From an uncultured Cytophagales bacterium (GTDB lineage: Bacteria > Bacteroidota > Bacteroidia > Cytophagales > Spirosomataceae), in the NCBI GenBank assembly GCA_964626405.1, contig CAZVFE010000001.1:1-58206 (forward strand): a stretch of 58,206 bases of DNA, given 5' to 3'. Below, piece by piece: positions 55,438-58,206 of this stretch (positions are counted from its first letter, which is position 1; every line of letters begins with the position of its first letter). The position numbers and the translations under genes were made by a program. The notes under the pieces are model-generated. The model was not told where the DNA came from, made no database searches, and saw only the letters and a list, made by a program, of their open reading frames with translations.

Positions 55438-56178
55438 TTATTCCTTAACCCAAAGAAATATCATCCTCGGCGAATTTTTCACATCAAATAAATCCAAATT
55501 ATAATTCCCATAGAGGTCTATTGTCCTAAAATCAGCTAAATTTGCATATTGCAGAAAATCATTTCTTGAAATTAATTCAACCTTTTCTTCAAAATAATAA
55601 TCCTGGCCTAAATCACTTAATTCAATAGATTTATATAAAAATCCATCTTTCACCCAGCGCTTGATATTAAATTTCAATCCCCCCTTATAGATGGTTTCCT
55701 GCTTAATTAAATTTGCTAAAACAAAGGAAGGATTAAAGAAATCCATAATTAAAATCCCCCCTTTTTTTAAAGCTTGATGAAAACTATAAAAAGTCATTTG
55801 ATTATCTTCGAATGTGTCAAAATATCCAAATGAAGTAAAAAAATTCGCTACATAATCAAAACTTCCTAATTTTTCAGGACTAATTGGCCTTCTGATATCA
55901 TGAACAAAAAAGTTTAATCCCGGTTTTTCCAGTTTTTTTGCCTCTTCAATATTTTCGGATGATAAATCGAATCCTTCTACTTCCATACCCAAGGAATGCA
56001 AAATATTCGAATATCTTCCTTTTCCACAAGCTGCATCTAAAATTTTCTTCCCTTCTCCAAATTTTAATTTTAATTTTAAAGAATTGATAAATTTCTCCGC
56101 CTCAAATGTATTTCTTTCTGAATATAAGATATGATAATATTTTGAACCAAACCAAGGATTCTCATCTGTATTTCCCAT
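55438..56178 (-). CDS. Class I SAM-dependent methyltransferase.
   Basis: Motif I ILDAACGKGRYS, then EGFDLS, then ANFFTSFGYF and GGILIMDF. Confidence 0.8.
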   Translation of the reverse strand: MGNTDENPWFGSKYYHILYSERNTFEAEKFINSLKLKLKFGEGKKILDAACGKGRYSNILHSLGMEVEGFDLSSENIEEAKKLEKPGLNFFVHDIRRPISPEKLGSFDYVANFFTSFGYFDTFEDNQMTFYSFHQALKKGGILIMDFFNPSFVLANLIKQETIYKGGLKFNIKRWVKDGFLYKSIELSDLGQDYYFEEKVELISRNDFLQYANLADFRTIDLYGNYNLDLFDVKNSPRMIFLWVKE

Positions 56179-56237
56179 TAAAAATTAATTTTATTAGATT
56201 TACATACAAAAATAAAAAAGAACACGTTTTTATTCCA

Positions 56238-57170
56238 ATGCCACAAAAACTTTTAACCTTATTTTTTATTATTATTGCAAGTTCGCTTAGTACTTTCGGA
56301 CAATTTATGCAAAAGCCTTTAGAAAAACCACTAATCGATACGAATGCTAAGAAAAGAAATATAATTTCAATAGACGAAAGCTCAAAAAAGGTACTCGAAC
56401 AATCCAAAAAATATTTAAAAAACCCAAGTTCCTTAAAAAAAGAATTTAATTCTAAAGGAGATGAATATTTAAAAAAAATTGGCCTCTCAACTTCAAAAAC
56501 TTCAAAAAGAAGATTAAAATCCAAGGTAAAAAATAAATTCAAATCAAAAGATGAATATTTAGGGGTAAAAATCCTTGAAAAAATTGGAACCCATGGAGGA
56601 AGTAAAATGGAAACAATTGAGCAATTACACGTAGTAAAATATGTTGAGGATGAAAAAATTAACCCTTATCTACAATTTATTTATTGCTTTGACCCAAACC
56701 AATCCCAAATAATTTATGTCCCTAAAGAAGATGCAAACAAATATTTAATTTGTCATGGACCCTACGAAAAATATGTCAATAAACTTCTTATTGAAAAAGG
56801 AGAATTTAATATGGGAGGAAAACAAGGAAGATGGGAAGAGTTTGATCGAAATTATAATTTAATAAATAAAGAATATTTTAATAATGGATTTAAAAAAGAA
56901 TCCATTATTTCCTATTTTGACGAAAAGAAGACTAAAGTTAAAGAAATCATACCCGTAAAGTTCGGGGAAATGACAGGGACCTATTTTTCATTTTATGAAA
57001 GTGGGAATTTGGAATCTACTGGAGAAATTGAAGATGGAATCCGAATTGGAAGATGGCTGGAATATTATGAATATGGTAGAAATGGGAAATTAAGAAGAGA
57101 ATGGAAATACGGAAAAGATAAATATGACCCCTCTGAACCTATTTTAATTCAAGAAAGAGACCAACAATAA
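56238..57170 (+). CDS. Secreted MORN-variant repeat (YwqK-like) protein.
   Basis: I trimmed the start to MPQKLLTLFFIIIASSLSTFGQ (ATG at 56238-56240). The C-terminal repeats GKQGRWEEFDRNYNLINKEYFNNG, GTYFSFYESGNLESTGEIEDGIRIGRWLEYYEYG and GKLRREWKY are of MORN/YwqK type. Confidence 0.65.
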   Translation: MPQKLLTLFFIIIASSLSTFGQFMQKPLEKPLIDTNAKKRNIISIDESSKKVLEQSKKYLKNPSSLKKEFNSKGDEYLKKIGLSTSKTSKRRLKSKVKNKFKSKDEYLGVKILEKIGTHGGSKMETIEQLHVVKYVEDEKINPYLQFIYCFDPNQSQIIYVPKEDANKYLICHGPYEKYVNKLLIEKGEFNMGGKQGRWEEFDRNYNLINKEYFNNGFKKESIISYFDEKKTKVKEIIPVKFGEMTGTYFSFYESGNLESTGEIEDGIRIGRWLEYYEYGRNGKLRREWKYGKDKYDPSEPILIQERDQQ

Positions 57171-57183
57171 TTTATGAATGTTG

Positions 57184-57206
57184 GTAACATTTCTAAGAAA
57201 TGTTAC
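57184..57206. terminator. Perfect 23-nt palindrome GTAACATTTCT-A-AGAAATGTTAC after the MORN-repeat gene; hairpin terminator or protein-binding site.
   Basis: The 11-nt arms at 57184-57194 and 57196-57206 are exact reverse complements. The site starts 14 nt after the stop codon. No T tract follows. Confidence 0.35.
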
Positions 57207-57274
57207 TAATGTCCACCTTATATTAAGAGATTTTGCAAGATTTATAAATTATCATTGCATATAAAATCCTAGCC

Positions 57275-58206
57275 ATGAAGAAAATTTCACTTAAATTAAA
57301 GTTATTGTTACTATTCGTAACTATTCCTATTTTTTGTTTTTCACAACAAAGGTTTAAAGTTACTGTAGAAAATAATACAACATTTCAAAATGGTGGGAAC
57401 GCTAAATTAATTATAGGGCGAGTTTCTTCTGACACTACAATTTTTGAATCAAAAGGTAGTACTTATCTTGATAAAGGTGGAAATACGATTATTTTGAGTA
57501 GGACCATTTTCAAAGGTGTTGGTGAAAGTATTTTAAATAGTCCTTATGAGGTAAATTCCCCAATAGCTAACTTTTACAATTTAATTCAAAATTCATCTGA
57601 TACAACCTTTATCGACGAAAATACAAATGGGGTAATATTTGTTCGAAATTTACTCACACCAAGTTCAGGAAAAATCAAATCGAATGGTAAATTAATTTTT
57701 AAGTCGACCGAATATACTACCAATGCATTTTTTAATACTGGGCTTGCAGCACCAAATAACCTTAGAACGGTAACAAATGGAAATCCTGCTAGAATTTCAA
57801 ATGCAAATTGTGGTTCTATTTTAGGTGATGTAATCGTAGAAAGACCTATTTCAAATACATTAATTGGCAATAGATTGCTTACTCCAGGAGTTACACCTAC
57901 AGGTACCATTCAGGATAATTGGCAGGAAACAAATTCTGGAACGGCCTATCATAATTATGGAACCTTTACTTATGGACCAGGCGGATCAACCAATGGCTTT
58001 GATGGAAGTACAGGATCGAATACCTATTCAACTATAGCCTATATTTCTAATGGGGAATATTCATATCTTTCCTCTACAAATAATACAAATACACCACAGT
58101 TTGCCCTAGGAAAAGGCTTATCAGTTGTAGTATATGGAGATAGAAGAAATAATACTTCAACTTCCATAGTAAGTCATGAACAAAGTGGCTTTAACTATAC
58201 TATTTT
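57275..58206 (+). CDS. 5' part of a secreted Asn/Thr/Gly-rich surface protein; the 3' end lies outside the window.
   Basis: My own translation from ATG 57275 gives MKKISLKLKLLLLFVTIPIFCFSQQRFKVTVENNTTFQNGGNAKL... and stays open to the window end (310 codons). It has a signal peptide and beta-rich N/T/G/S composition. It is absent from the ORF track because no stop is reached. The 57586-57909 minus-strand ORF is its shadow. Confidence 0.6.
   Translation, partial: MKKISLKLKLLLLFVTIPIFCFSQQRFKVTVENNTTFQNGGNAKLIIGRVSSDTTIFESKGSTYLDKGGNTIILSRTIFKGVGESILNSPYEVNSPIANFYNLIQNSSDTTFIDENTNGVIFVRNLLTPSSGKIKSNGKLIFKSTEYTTNAFFNTGLAAPNNLRTVTNGNPARISNANCGSILGDVIVERPISNTLIGNRLLTPGVTPTGTIQDNWQETNSGTAYHNYGTFTYGPGGSTNGFDGSTGSNTYSTIAYISNGEYSYLSSTNNTNTPQFALGKGLSVVVYGDRRNNTSTSIVSHEQSGFNYTI

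Noticed and set aside
56106-56237. An upstream extension of the MORN-repeat ORF that overlaps the methyltransferase start.
   Set aside because: A clean signal peptide begins at the internal Met (56238). The extension overlaps the divergent gene and its promoter region.
1-58206. A search for CRISPR arrays, rRNA or tRNA genes, transposases, integrases, prophage remnants or recognisable defence systems (restriction-modification, toxin-antitoxin, retron and similar).
   Set aside because: No spaced direct repeats were found, and no intergenic region other than 44274-44548 is long enough for an RNA gene. No ORF shows transposase/integrase or defence-associated motifs. The window reads as conserved core chromosome.

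Overview
This is a very AT-rich, gene-dense window, with almost no intergenic DNA and many overlapping start/stop codons. It reads as core chromosome of a streamlined Bacteroidota (Flavobacteriia-like) organism. Three things support that lineage call: a PorU-PorV type IX secretion (T9SS) pair, T9SS C-terminal sorting domains on secreted proteins, and repeated TAnnTTTG (-7 box) motifs just upstream of operon starts.

Most genes are recognisable housekeeping genes:
- Translation and RNA: rpmH-rnpA, tsaB, cysS, typA, rluB-like, rnhB.
- Isoprenoid synthesis (MEP pathway): ispH, dxs.
- Respiration: nuoK-L-M-N.
- Cell shape: mreB-C-D.
- Nucleotide and cofactor metabolism: gmk, nadD, pyrC-like.
- DNA processing: xth and two other nucleases.

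There are also several secreted or outer-membrane proteins: a ThuA/PQQ-dehydrogenase/cytochrome c fusion, an S41 peptidase, a TPR/PD40/OmpA lipoprotein, and a 1311-aa S8 peptidase with a T9SS sorting domain.

I found no rRNA, tRNA, CRISPR array, transposase, integrase or obvious defence island. I see no clear-cut novel system. The candidates most worth a second look are:
1. A nuoKLMN membrane-arm module detached from nuoA-J, with its own promoter-like box and a GtrA-like gene appended.
2. A small, strongly signalled acidic lipoprotein gene built almost entirely of internal repeats.
3. A co-directional block of four nucleic-acid/nucleotide hydrolase genes (three nucleases plus a HAD nucleotidase).
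4. A minimal, cysteine-rich, tail-anchored anti-sigma factor paired with an ECF sigma factor directly downstream of mreBCD.
5. An XRE regulator translationally coupled to a tiny, highly cationic secreted peptide.
6. A SprT-like metallopeptidase gene overlapping the start of porU.

All functional calls come from motifs I could read in the supplied translations. None has been checked against a database.
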